This document shows, one piece after another, positions 11,601-23,600 of a stretch of DNA of 64,000 nt; the stretch's first letter is position 1; each line of letters opens with the position of its first letter. The stretch spans positions 265,823-329,822 of the forward strand of contig NW_004797602.1 in the NCBI RefSeq assembly GCF_000002075.1. The letters are read 5' to 3'. The DNA comes from Aplysia californica. Lineage: Eukaryota. A program made the translations under genes and the position numbers. The notes beneath the pieces are model-generated. The model searched no databases and had not been told where the DNA came from. It was given only the letters and a program-made list of their open reading frames with translations.

Positions 11601-14600
11601 ATCAGCCACTCTCGTGAATGTGATCACAAGCTTTGTAATACTCGATGAAACGGTACAATGTTTGGCCCAGACGGGATCATATGGAGGTGTGAACTAACCG
11701 ACGTGTTTGTTTTCCCCACACATCGCACTCGCATCTGAGCTCGCCACCTTAACTTACATCACTCACTGGGTGGGTAGGGCCTACAAGTTCGCTCCAGGCA
11801 GGGTCACATCGAACTGTGAACTCTTCCCCGACCATTGAAGGCAGTTTTTCTCTATTCCCGAATTTGCGAGATAGCCTGAATTTTAATTGGTGTGGTCACA
11901 ACGTAATGGTGCGTAACGACACAGGTGGGGGGACTCAATCAGAGATGGAAAGCAAGAATTTTTGAACAGGTAAAGGGGAGGGGCAACTGGATAATCGTAG
12001 ATTGAGATCTCGAGACTCACGATAGGCTAATGAGTTTATATAATATATATATGGCATGCCTCATGCCACTGTGATTGGTCATCAAGGTTGACCACTCTTT
12101 GCTCTCCATAATATGTCATAAACCCACCAAGGGGTCACGTCAGTTTATGGGACCCTGTAGCTTCTTCCTTGGCTTCATCGGCTAAGATCCCGTATTTTCC
12201 TTGCTCCCAAGCACTGGGATCTTAGGCGGAGACTAGTGTAGTAGAGAATCTGTGGTTACACTACACTTACTAGACTTTATGAAACTAATGTATTTTGGTT
12301 TGCCGTGAGTGCCGTGTACTACACAGTGGGACCAAAATCTGTCTTACCACTATGATCCAATTGAAACTGAAACTGAGTTCTCAATGTACAGGGTGATCCC
12401 AAAAAAACTTAACAACTTGTTTTGTAAATATCTTTCTCCATACCGAAGTTTTGCGTTTCAGATTTGAACGTAACGTTTGGAAGCCAAAAGGAATTTTTCT
12501 GATATGAGTTTTAGATAAGCCCATTGAATGGTTTTACTCTATATAGTGCATTAAAAAAACCCAACCCATTTTCCACCTTGTCACCATTTTCATAGCATGA
12601 CGCACCAATTCGCATTAGGCCTACCACTAACAGTTGCAGCAATCGCGCCATATTGCAAGCTACAGCAGTCTAACAAGTCAACAGAAGTCTGCAGATATTA
12701 TTTTTCCCAAATTTGGTTTGCCTGCTGAGATCATGGCTACGTTTAGTAAGAGCAGAGAGCTTTTTGTATTGAACATTACCTCTCCACAAACTCACCATCC
12801 CTAACATTTCTGCGCACGGCGTGGAGAGAATGCTTAGGTGCCCTCAAGACCTTTAGCGTCATGAGTAGAGACGTTCCGTCAGTTTGAATCTCTAGCGAAT
12901 CAGAACTAGAACGTTGTTTAAAAAAATGACCACTTCAGGTCGAACACGCACCATGCGCAGCCCCTTAAACGTCACCAGAGTGCAGATTTTAGTAGCCGAG
13001 TCCCATGAGACGTCTGTCTGTAGACGTTCTGCAGCTAGGACTTTTCTACACATCAACAGTCTGCATTGTCATGGCAGATCTTAACCTACGACTATACCAT
13101 GTTCATGTTCGCTAGGCCGGGCCGAGATGAAATGGATCCGAGCATGGCAATGTGTTCATGATTCCTTGATTGTCTTGTAAAGAGGGATCATTTCGTTGAT
13201 GGCATTTGGTTTAGTGCAAAGCCCATTTTCACCCTGTGGGATGTGTTGACTCCAAAAATGCTGTCTATTGGGTACCCCACTCAATTGTTTCTAGAAGCCA
13301 CTTCTAAGTAAACATGCACAGTGTATGTGGCTTTATAAACTCATGGGTTAGCAGGTCCTTGTGTTAGGGCGCCAATGAACATTTTGAACGACGCGTTAAA
13401 AATGTGTCGAGTCCAAAGGAGGGAATGTGGAACCACTGCTTCTAGGAATTTCAGAATTATATCATTAGGTTTTTAAAACTCTATAAAAGAAATTAAATAT
13501 TGTTTAAATGTCACAGGGATGGAAAATTAATGTCAAAGAGAAAATAAACAAAAAGGTCAACTAATCTTTTCACGACTTCCTGAACAAGATTTTTAAACAT
13601 TAGTGAACTTTGAGTTTTGGGGGTGCTTTTTTCTTTTAGCCGTTTCCGTTTTCAAAACATGTTTCTTCTTCGTGGATTTTTATATCAAACAAATTCCTTT
13701 TGAATGAATTATGTCTGTTCCAAATTACAGCATTCTAGAACAATTTTTGCGCGAGATATTCAGAACAAAAGTTGTAAAGTTTTTTTTGGATCACCCTGTA
13801 TATCTACATTTTATAGGCTACCTAAATTTCTTTTAAACTTTTTTGTGTGGTTTTTGCGGCTACATCGATTCCTTGAGGATTTGTTAATGAAGAATTCGGT
13901 GCACTTTTCCATTTCTTTGCTGGCCATTTTCATCAATGTTATGTTTTCTTAAGAGAAACTTTGTCTCTACATTTTCCAATTTGGATACTTTTCCTGTAGA
14001 ACTTTCCGACCTCTTGGACTGACTTACATTTGATCACAGTGTCTTGCTCAAGCAAGTTCTGTTCATAATATCACTTACTCACTAGTTGCGTCTGTTTGGT
14101 TTTTTTTCAATTTCATTGACCATTTGCACCTACGACTACGTTCAGTGCGTATATTCAAATGCTTTGTATACTGTTTACATTTTTAATAATAAATGGCCTA
14201 ATTTGTCGAATATATACTGGATCTGTGGCGTCGGTGCCATGTGGTTAGGCTCTCGGACTCGCAACCGTAAGGTCGTGGGTTCGAATCCCGTCAGGGGCCC
14301 GACGTTGTGTCCTTGGGAAAGGCACTTTACACGAATTTTCCTCACTTCACCCAGATGGGAATGGGTACCCGGCTTTAGACAGCGAACAATCTTGTCAGTT
14401 TGTTAGTGTTTGAGCGCTTAACCAGCTGCTTGCACTGTATGCTTCCCGGGAAGCTGAGAATGTTTCGGAGTGTTTTATGGTCTGCTGGGGTAATAATATA
14501 GTGTAAAGCGCATAGAGCCTGCTGTTGAGCGGGGATATGCGCTATACAAATGCTATTTATTATTTATTTTATTATTATCTGTTGTTCAAAATGATGTTTT

Positions 14601-17600
14601 GTATTAGCACTGAAGTGTTTTAACATATTAGCAGAAAGTACTCAAAATGTACACTCATAATTACTTTTTTAAAAAGTACTTGTACTCAAGTACCTTTTAC
14701 AGGAAAGTACTTTTACTGTTCTTAAGTACATTTTTTAGATTGTACTTAAATTTGTACTTAGTCTTAAGTACCTTTAAAAGTACTTTAACAGCTCTGCCAA
14801 CATCTACTCCAAACTTAGATAAGCTGTTTTTGCAGGTGACTTTATACCTTAATTTTGGTTTTCCTCTTGGTCTTTTCCCTGGGCAAGTTCTCCAGAGAGA
14901 AGTTGCTTCGGAATCCTTTGTCGTCCATTCTCTTAAAATGGCTCAGCCATCACAATCTTTTTAAACACAGGATAGTTGTCATGCTCTGGAGGTTTGCCAG
15001 TGCCAACACTTCAACATTTGTAACCTTGTCACGCCACAAAATGCGTAAGATCTTGTGGCAGCCTCTGAGATGGAAAATGTCGAGGCGCTTTTCTTGCCTG
15101 TTATACAACGTCCATGTTTCAGATCCATAAAGGAGTGTGCTGAGGACACATGGTTAATCTTTTGTTTTCCCAATCTCGTTTTGTCAGCCTTCCAAAAGTT
15201 GTTGCTGCTTCCCTATCCTGATGTTGACCTCATAATCAAGTGATGTAGTTGAGCTGATGGTAGACCCTAGGTAACAGAACTTTTCCACTGTCTCAAGTTC
15301 CTAGTCGTTCAGCCATATAAATATGGCTCTGCTCTGCACCTTCTTGAGTAAGGATGACTGTTTTCTTAACACTGATGACCAAGCTAAAGACGTTGCATGC
15401 TGTTGATAGGCGGTCCATCATTGTTTGAGGGTTGATTCACTGTAACAAGAGCAGCATCATCGGCGAAGAGAAGGTCTCATACTATTGTTTTGTTGATCTT
15501 GGTCTTGGCCTGGAGTCGAGCAAGATTGAAGAGCGACCCATCAGTTCTTTAGCGGAGGAAGACATTCCCTGGTGACTCTTTGAATGCGTGTTGTAGTAAG
15601 ACAGCAAAAATAAATGCTAAAAAGGGTTGATGCTAAGACACAACCTTGATTTACTCCGCTCTTGATGTTGAACCGTCAAACTGAATGGTGGCTTCCATAT
15701 CTTCATGGAATGAGATGATGAACTGTAGCAGTATTGGGGGACAGCCTATTTTTCTAAGCACTATGTACAGTCCTGATCTACTGACTGTATCGAAAGCCTT
15801 TGTCAGATTGATGAATGCAGTATGTAATGGCAGTTGTTCCCTGCATTTTTCTTGTAGCTCACGAATAGAAAAGATCATGTCCATTGTTGAGCAGTTTGAT
15901 CTGAAGTGTCCTCTCCATAGTCATATAAATGCTGTGCTGTAGCTGTGGGTCTGATCCGCTGTATTTGCTCTTTTGCAGCGTCCTCCCAGAAATCTTGAAA
16001 TCTTGACTAAGCTAAATGCCTGGGCCTGACTGTATGGAGAATGTGCCTTGCCCAATTTGCATGTACCCCCTCTCAACTTTGCTGATTTAGTCCAAAGGAG
16101 CGACGAGGTCAATACATTTGAACCATTAGAGTTGCAGGGGCTGCCAGAAGATAGTTCCTCCCTGTCGACTGCCTTAGGGGCCCTCCCTCCGGATTTGTTT
16201 AGGGTTTACTCCCTTAGCTTTTCATACTCCCGTATGCATCTACAAGGCAGTAGGAACAGCTGCAGGTAGTGCCATCTACTGTCATTATGGTAGCAGCACT
16301 AAGACTTGACCTGACATCAATCAATATGCGGAGACTACTGTACTGTTATCTTTGGTGTAATGATTAGGTGCTTTACTGCCATAGTGGTTCAGTGGAAGAT
16401 TTAAGTTCGATTCCTGACCAGGGAGAATTTTAATTGAGTATCTGCGTCTTTCTGCTAGGATGTCACTGTACACCTTTCAGCCAGGGTTTACCCTGAAAAG
16501 CATGGTGAAAACAGGTTGCCTCCTAGATGGTTTAAATTGTGTGGGAGGAGTGTAAAACAATTGATTATAATGATTACATTGCATAACCCCTTTTGTCACA
16601 GAGCAAGCTTATTCGGATGGTGGGTAACCAACTGGTGGCCAAGCAAAAATTGAATGTGGACAATGTGCCTGAAGCCTTGAAGGAGTACCCCAAGCTGGAG
16701 CTCTGGCTCAGGATTGTAGGCATTCCAGAGTCTGCGATCAAGGTGAGGTTATTCTTATATTCATCATCATTTCATAAGTTTCTAGTCCATGTTTTTTTTT
16801 TAAGGTTCGAAAAAATGAAAGAAAAAAAGGTTTTTCAAATCAGAACAATGACTTGGGCTCTTGTTATTTTTTCAATAAACGATTGTAAAAGAAGTATTGA
16901 AACAAAATGAAAGTGTATTGTATTTGTAAGCTCTCCCTTTGATGTCTTTATTTGATCAATGGCTTTATTTGGAAACTCCTGCAAATTCATTAGGGTCATT
17001 TTTGGATGATGCTGACTATGTACACGTTTGGTGTATAGAAGGTTGAAGGTAGTCAGGCCTGTGCTGGGGTCCTTAAAAGTTAAAAAGATTACGGTTTACT
17101 CTTACTTGGCTCTAACAGGGAAATGCAGAAAATGTAGAAATTAAAGAAGCTACTGCACTATTGATGACTTGGCAAATATTTAAGTTTGTCACTAGGGTAG
17201 GTCAATGGATTTTGCCACCAGACAATACACCTGAAAGTAGGTCTGGTTTTTGACTTGTCAAGCTTTGCAGATCTGCAGGGAATTTCTTATGACTTTTGGT
17301 TGAAAAAATTGGGAATTAAACTGTCTTTCTTGCTTTTTCCTCAGCACTAAATAGCTGTTGATGTGTTGATGTGTTTCTGTGTATTTGAACAAGAATTATT
17401 AATAAAATAGTCGTTGGGATTCAGTTTCCTCTTTTCTTTCTGTTCTCAACAAGACATTGTTGGTGATGGCTTGATGTTTGTTTTATTCTGTGTGAAGATG
17501 GTGAGATGCAAAAGTAATAAAAGATTACTGGACTCTGTATCCACTTTGTATTCTTTTTTCAACAGGAAATTCTTGATGAGGGCTTAATGTTCTCCGATCT

Positions 17601-20600
17601 CCTGAATATGGAGCGGGATCAGCTGACTTTGCTGCTCCAGAGGTTGAACTGTTCGGAGTTGGAAATCAGGACGCTACTCACGGCATTCAAAAACTTGAGA
17701 GCATGTACAGGTGAGATAGTGGATGGTTGGAGGGTACTACTAGAAGACCCTTCTCCACTGTGGTCTGATCTATCTACTTCTTTTCTGAGTTTCTATTATC
17801 TTCTTGGAAAAAAAAAAGTATGACCATGAACAATTCCACTTCTTTTTTTGTTGTGACCCTGCCCAATTCAATCATCTGGCTCTTTTGTTTTTAGTAATAA
17901 CAACAAACTGTGCAGCATTTTGGGTTTTGAAATTAGCTGTTAGTCTTCGAGTAAACACAATGGAAAATGTTTTTTATATAAATAAATACATGAGTAAATA
18001 AGTAAAACAAAAGGTTTCTTCACTCTTCTAATGTTTTTTTGGTAAGTTACTCATCTAAGTGTTGCCATAGCCCCAATTCGAGATGGCTACAACAACTGGT
18101 CAGTAGTTTGCTTAGATTGTGTTAGTCCTACATTCCTCAGCTCTTTCGAGTCACGAGGTGGGCGCCCTCTGTCCCGCTCCCTAGTGGAGTCATCTTTACT
18201 GTGTCACTGAAGGTTCCGAAAGTTTGCACGAAGTCTCATACTGTGGTGGTGGCTTTGTTAGTATTAGTATCTAAACTACTGGGCCAAGACGAGTTGGTAG
18301 TAGGGAACAGAAAGAGATACAAATTTTGCTTGTAAGGGGGGGGGGGGGGGTGTTTTAGTTTTGCATCTGTATGTTTAGTCTTTTCTTAATATGTGTGCAC
18401 TTACGTTGATTTTTGTCGGACATACCCTGTTTAGTATACTTTTATCGCACGGATTGTTTTCAACGGGATTGCTTACCGAATATAATAAGTACCATGACTT
18501 GTGGGTTGACCGTTGGATGACTCACCGTCCCGGGGCGAGTTGAGTCATCACAATACAATGAATCCACTTTACCCGGGGGAAGCCCCCCTACACTTCCTAT
18601 CAGTACAGCCCTCCCCAATGCTACCTTTAAAAACGTTTGATTTTTTGGGCACTTTAAAACATACACACACACCAGGCGTGTCAACCTTCCCGAGGTTTTT
18701 GGGAAATTCCCGAATTGCGTTCGTCGTTCCCGAACTTTTCCTGAAACGGTGTGGATGTTTTTATTTAGTAACTTTAGTAGCCTATCACAGAAGTGTGTGT
18801 CTGTGGCTCTCTGGCGCTGTCAAAATTCCAGAATTCAGTATCTCAAAAGTTGGCAAGCCTGACACACACACACTTCTTTTCTTTCCCTCTGTTGGTTCTG
18901 TTTGTCTTTCGAGATCACTTCTTCTCAGCAAAAAAAATGACTTCTGTCATGTTTGTTGTCATGTTGATTTACTCCTCTTTTCTTAAACTAAATTAGACAG
19001 GCGAGAGAACAGTTGGTTGTTGGGTGTTTCTAGTAGGTCCTACTTTTTATCTTTCCCTTATGTTTGTTACAGTACATGTAGTTGGTCTTGCCTTTTATTC
19101 TCACTACATGACTGTTATGTTGATGTGCTTCGTTTTTCTAAAACAAAATGAGGCTGGTGAGAGGGAAGGAAGTGGAAGGATTCAGAAGAGAGGAGATTAT
19201 CCTTGTGATTCCAATTCTGGCTTTTCCTTGTGAATAGAGCTTTCCATTGAGAAACAAAGAACAATCTTTCGTGGAAGATGATTTTATTCACTCTCAATGA
19301 TGTAATATATATCATTTGAAGGTTGCACAACATTTTTGTGAAATAGTTAACACTTTTAAAAATTGGGTGGACTTGATGATTTTGTTTTTTATGAATTTCA
19401 ACATCTGCTGTTCACATTTGACAAAAAATGGTCTGATGTTAGGGTAAGAGTTGGGCAAGAGTTAAAGAATATTTTTCATTGACCTGTGGAAAATTTTTCA
19501 CCAATACTAATTTTCTGTTGAGATATGTAGTATTTTAAAGTATAATGACCTTTTGTGTGTGAGATTGTAATTTGGTAATTTTCACTATTACATTATGTAT
19601 CGATTAATCTTATTGTTTGTTGACTATACTAAATATATAACTTATGAACTATTTTTGTTGCTTATTGACTGTTCTTATTAAGTAATCAACAATTGTAAAT
19701 TACTTATTGGCTATTGTAAATAACATGTCTGCAATGAGAGTTCTGAATAACTTAAATCACTATTCTTTATGATCTATTGATTAATTGGCATATGTCACAG
19801 AGAAACAGCTGTTGGGTCAGTCCACCTCAGAGCACGACTGGCACTTCACGGACCTGGCGTGCCTGCAGGCTGCGGCTGTTGCTGCCACAGCGGCCTCTCG
19901 TTCCACGACCAGCAGCCCAGCAGCCGGCAACTCCCCCAAACATCAGGGGGGTCGGATCTCCTCCTCCACCTCCTCCGCCACCTCCCTGTCCTCTGTAGAA
20001 ACTTCATCCACGCTCAAGACGGATGTAGCAGCGCCCCCTGGCTCAGGGCAGGGTGGGAAACCTCTGCAGCCGGCCTCCACTTCCGCAACCCCTGCCCCTT
20101 CGATCCTGTCCAACAGCATTGCGGAAATGCCCCCTCCTCGGAGCACGCCGTCCTCTCCCGTCCCTTCTCCGCACACATACAACGGGTCCCCCCCTGCCTC
20201 CCGCTCCAAGTCTGTGAGCAGCGCGGCTGTGAAGTACCCCATCACCCCTCCTCCCAAAAAAGGCTACATGCTCTTTCCTGAGTCGTCCATCACCAAGAGT
20301 AAAAGCCACGAGAGCCAACTGGCCAACAAGGTGGTGGACATCGACCCTGTCAAGTTAGTAGCTTTCTTCATTTCTGCTTTCTGTCATACAGGCGAAATTT
20401 TCTGAGATGGCCTCCCCGTTGCTGAGTAGAAAAACAACTGTTTTAGACAGGTGGACATCTTTGAGTTTTATTATGATTTAGAAAAAGGGCAAGGCTTTCT
20501 GTAAACATGGTTCTGTTTTGTCAGAGATGGATGTTAAGTTTGAAGGTCCCACCTCATAAAGTATTGAAAGGAGGGTTCAACATGTAAATTCAATCCTTAT

Positions 20601-23600
20601 TTGGTTTTTGGGAATAGCATTATTTTTTATGTCCATCAAATGACCATTTGTGTGTGTAAGTGTGAGACAGAGAAAGGGAGTTAATGAATGCCTTTGTGTG
20701 TAAGTATTTGCCATGCTGCAGCGAGTTTCTCTTTGTGGACATCAACAAATTTTCATATTTTGTCTTTTCCATACAATATGATTTTGCATTCCTTGATGCA
20801 TTAAGATATTGACTGCTCTGGGTAAGACTCTGTTATACGTCAGATATGGAAAGTTGTGCGATTTCACTGTGTACCCAGTACATTAATAGGGCATTGAAGG
20901 GCCTGCATACCCCCCGGGGCAGTACCACTGACTGAAGTGTCTTTAGGCCATTCCCAAAGGGGGGACATACATCGTTCAAGCATAGTAGAATTGTAAATGG
21001 GCTGACTCATGTCACACTCATAACTGTGCCTGATCTACAACAGGGAACTGCTGCTTTTTCTTTCCTGATCCTTACTATTTTCATTTACCTCTACTTCTTT
21101 TGTATGTTTGTCACTCCCTTGTGACCTGCTATTTTGGGGTGCCTTGATAGTCGAAGCAGACCTTGTGCTGTTGAAGCTAGAGAGGTGAGCAGTCTAGTCT
21201 GATTCCCGGTAAAAACTTCTCTGTTGACACCCACCCCTTGGCACTCATATGACCTTATGCAGTTGCGAGCGCCGTAAAACTCTCTACTATAAAAAGAAAA
21301 GAAGGGCCTGCACCTCCAAAATAATCTGAATCACATTAGTGTATGTGTGTGAGAGGGAGGGAGGGAGGGAGGGTGGTGGTGGGAGCTCTGGTGTGATTTG
21401 TTCCTTCTGTTGTATCAAACATCACTCACCCTTTTCTCTTCCTTCTTTTGTAGGTATGTTACTCTCTAGTTCACCTCTAATCATTGGCACTTAACTAAAT
21501 TTGTTTCCTCTTTCACACTGTGCGTAGGAGCAACAAGAGAAAGCCCCAGGGGATGAACATCAAGCTGAGCGGCAGCCACGAGGTTCTGTTCCGACGCAGG
21601 CTGTCCACGGACGGCTCGGAGACGGGCAGCCGAGGGCCCTCAGGTCACACCTCCCCTGTCATCTCCTCCCCGATCCGATCCCCTCCTTACAAGCATGACC
21701 CGAGTGCTGGCCAGATTGACGATCACTCCAAGTATTCCAGTAAGCATGCACTGGGACAGTTTGAACCTTCTTCCTCGCTATTCTTGTTTTTATCTTTTTT
21801 GTTTTGTTTTGAAAAAGTGAAAAAAAACAACTAATCAAAAATGTTTATTTGGGTTTTTTTTTTGGTCCTGAAGACATGTTGCCCTTTTGAATGGGGTCCT
21901 TTTTACTCTGTCTGTGAGCACAGGGGCATGTAAGCAAATAATGAAAATGGATAGAGAAAAATAAAAACGGAGAAGGGAAAGAACAGGGGGACAGCAGTGA
22001 ACACATTGTGAGGGAAAGAGTGTGTGTATGGGAGGAAGAGGGAATATTGGAGGAAAAGAGTGGATACTTAAGGGAATGCATGAGCAGTGCTTCCACTCTT
22101 CCGTATTTTTACGCAAATCCGTACTTTCTGCCAGTTCCGTACTTGCTCTTCCATCATTATCAACTCCCTCCTGAAAAATCTGCGACAGTGTTGGACTTTC
22201 GAAATTCCATAGCAAAAGATCCGTACTCGCCTTCGTATCGTCTTGTATAAGTTACAGATATTTACGGTAATTTTCTCGGCAATAAGTTAATGTTATAGAA
22301 ACCTGCCGGCAGTACATTTTTTACCTGCAGATTGATCAAAATCTAGCGAACTTTTGTATCACTTTCCTCCTTTCTATCGTTCCCTCATTCCGTCTGTCTA
22401 TCTTCGGCAGATTGTTGCCGCGGCTGGAAAATCTGCCTGTGGATCAAGTATATTGACTTGTGATCTTAGACAAAAAATTAATGTCAGAAAGAAACTTTTT
22501 TGCAAATTTATTGTCTAGATCTAGAGAAATTATCAGAGCAAAGATTCTACGGCGTGGGAACATGATAAGGGCCGCGATGAAAGAAATTTGTGCTACTAAA
22601 ATCAAGAATAATTTGAAGTGGTGTTCCGAGGTTGTGACATGAGACATTCAGACGTGGAAATTGAGGAAAATTAGGGTATAAGCTGGGTAACAGTATTGTG
22701 AAGGTACATATCTATTCATTATTCCAAGGTTTGCCTTCTATCAATGGTGCGATGACAAATTAATTGAATTACAGTAGCAATGGAAGGGGAACCTGCTTTT
22801 AAACATTGCCAGTAGTGGAAAGATATGTAGGTGAAGAAATCAAACGAGACAAAATCTCGTTAAAAAAAATTGGTAGTATGGGTTGTTGGCAATCTGTTCA
22901 AACAGGCTCCCAAATGCCATTTTGAACCCTCTAAAAGTACTACATTTCAATTTCTTCGGGGGCTTCGCCCCCCGAACCCCCAACGGGACGCTGTCCCTGG
23001 ACCCTGCTGGGGGCCTGTGCAGACCCCAGGCAGAATTTTTCTTACTTTTCAACTTCAGCTGGTGGAAGCACTGATGAGGGAAGGAGTGGAGATATCTTCT
23101 CAAAGGGTGTGGAAGGAAATTTTCTCTTGCTTCCAGCCAGCTCGTTTGCAAGAATTAACCCTTAGAGCGCTGACTTCTTTCCCCTTATATTTTCCCTCTG
23201 TGCTGAATTTATTTTGGAAAAACGCCAGATTTGCACATACGCTTTTTTTTTTGCTAATAACTTTTTTATTTGTCAAAATTTCTAATGAAGGTAAGAATAA
23301 AAGTTTTAGAATATTGAAAGTTCTTTATGAATATGTGAAGCAAAAAGTATTTTGTGAAGTTATTGTTTTAGTAATGACTGAATAAAAACTGCCGGTTCAT
23401 TAGATCTCTAGATCTAGACCAGAGTCTAGATGCTTCGTAAGCCAACGTTATATACCACAAAGTGTTAGCTCTAGCATCAAAACCCTCGAAATCATCTTCC
23501 GATTCAAGGAAAATACGCGGAACATCTTCATCTGAATCTCGACACTATTTTCATGTTTGTCGCGGGTCGCAATCGCGAATTTTCCAACGTCACTGTCACT

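Larger units (their letters stand above)
11310..14796. mobile_element. hAT-like non-autonomous element with GTAC-rich subterminal arrays, carrying nested insertions
   Basis: AGTACT-rich blocks at ~11330-11480 and ~14630-14790; right end TTAACAGCTCTG; near-identical 8-bp flanks ctaacatc (11302-11309) and ccaacatc (14797-14804). Confidence 0.65.

Noticed and set aside
14227-14305. tRNA gene
   Set aside because: No clean acceptor stem, and it runs directly into CORE-like and L2-like tail sequence, so it is a SINE head.
16377-16560. tRNA-like segments here and at ~27620-27790 and ~51220-51290
   Set aside because: Too degenerate to call; probably old SINE fragments.
19859-20318. Overlapping and antisense ORFs over exon 4
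   Set aside because: By-products of GC-rich Ser/Pro/Ala coding sequence.
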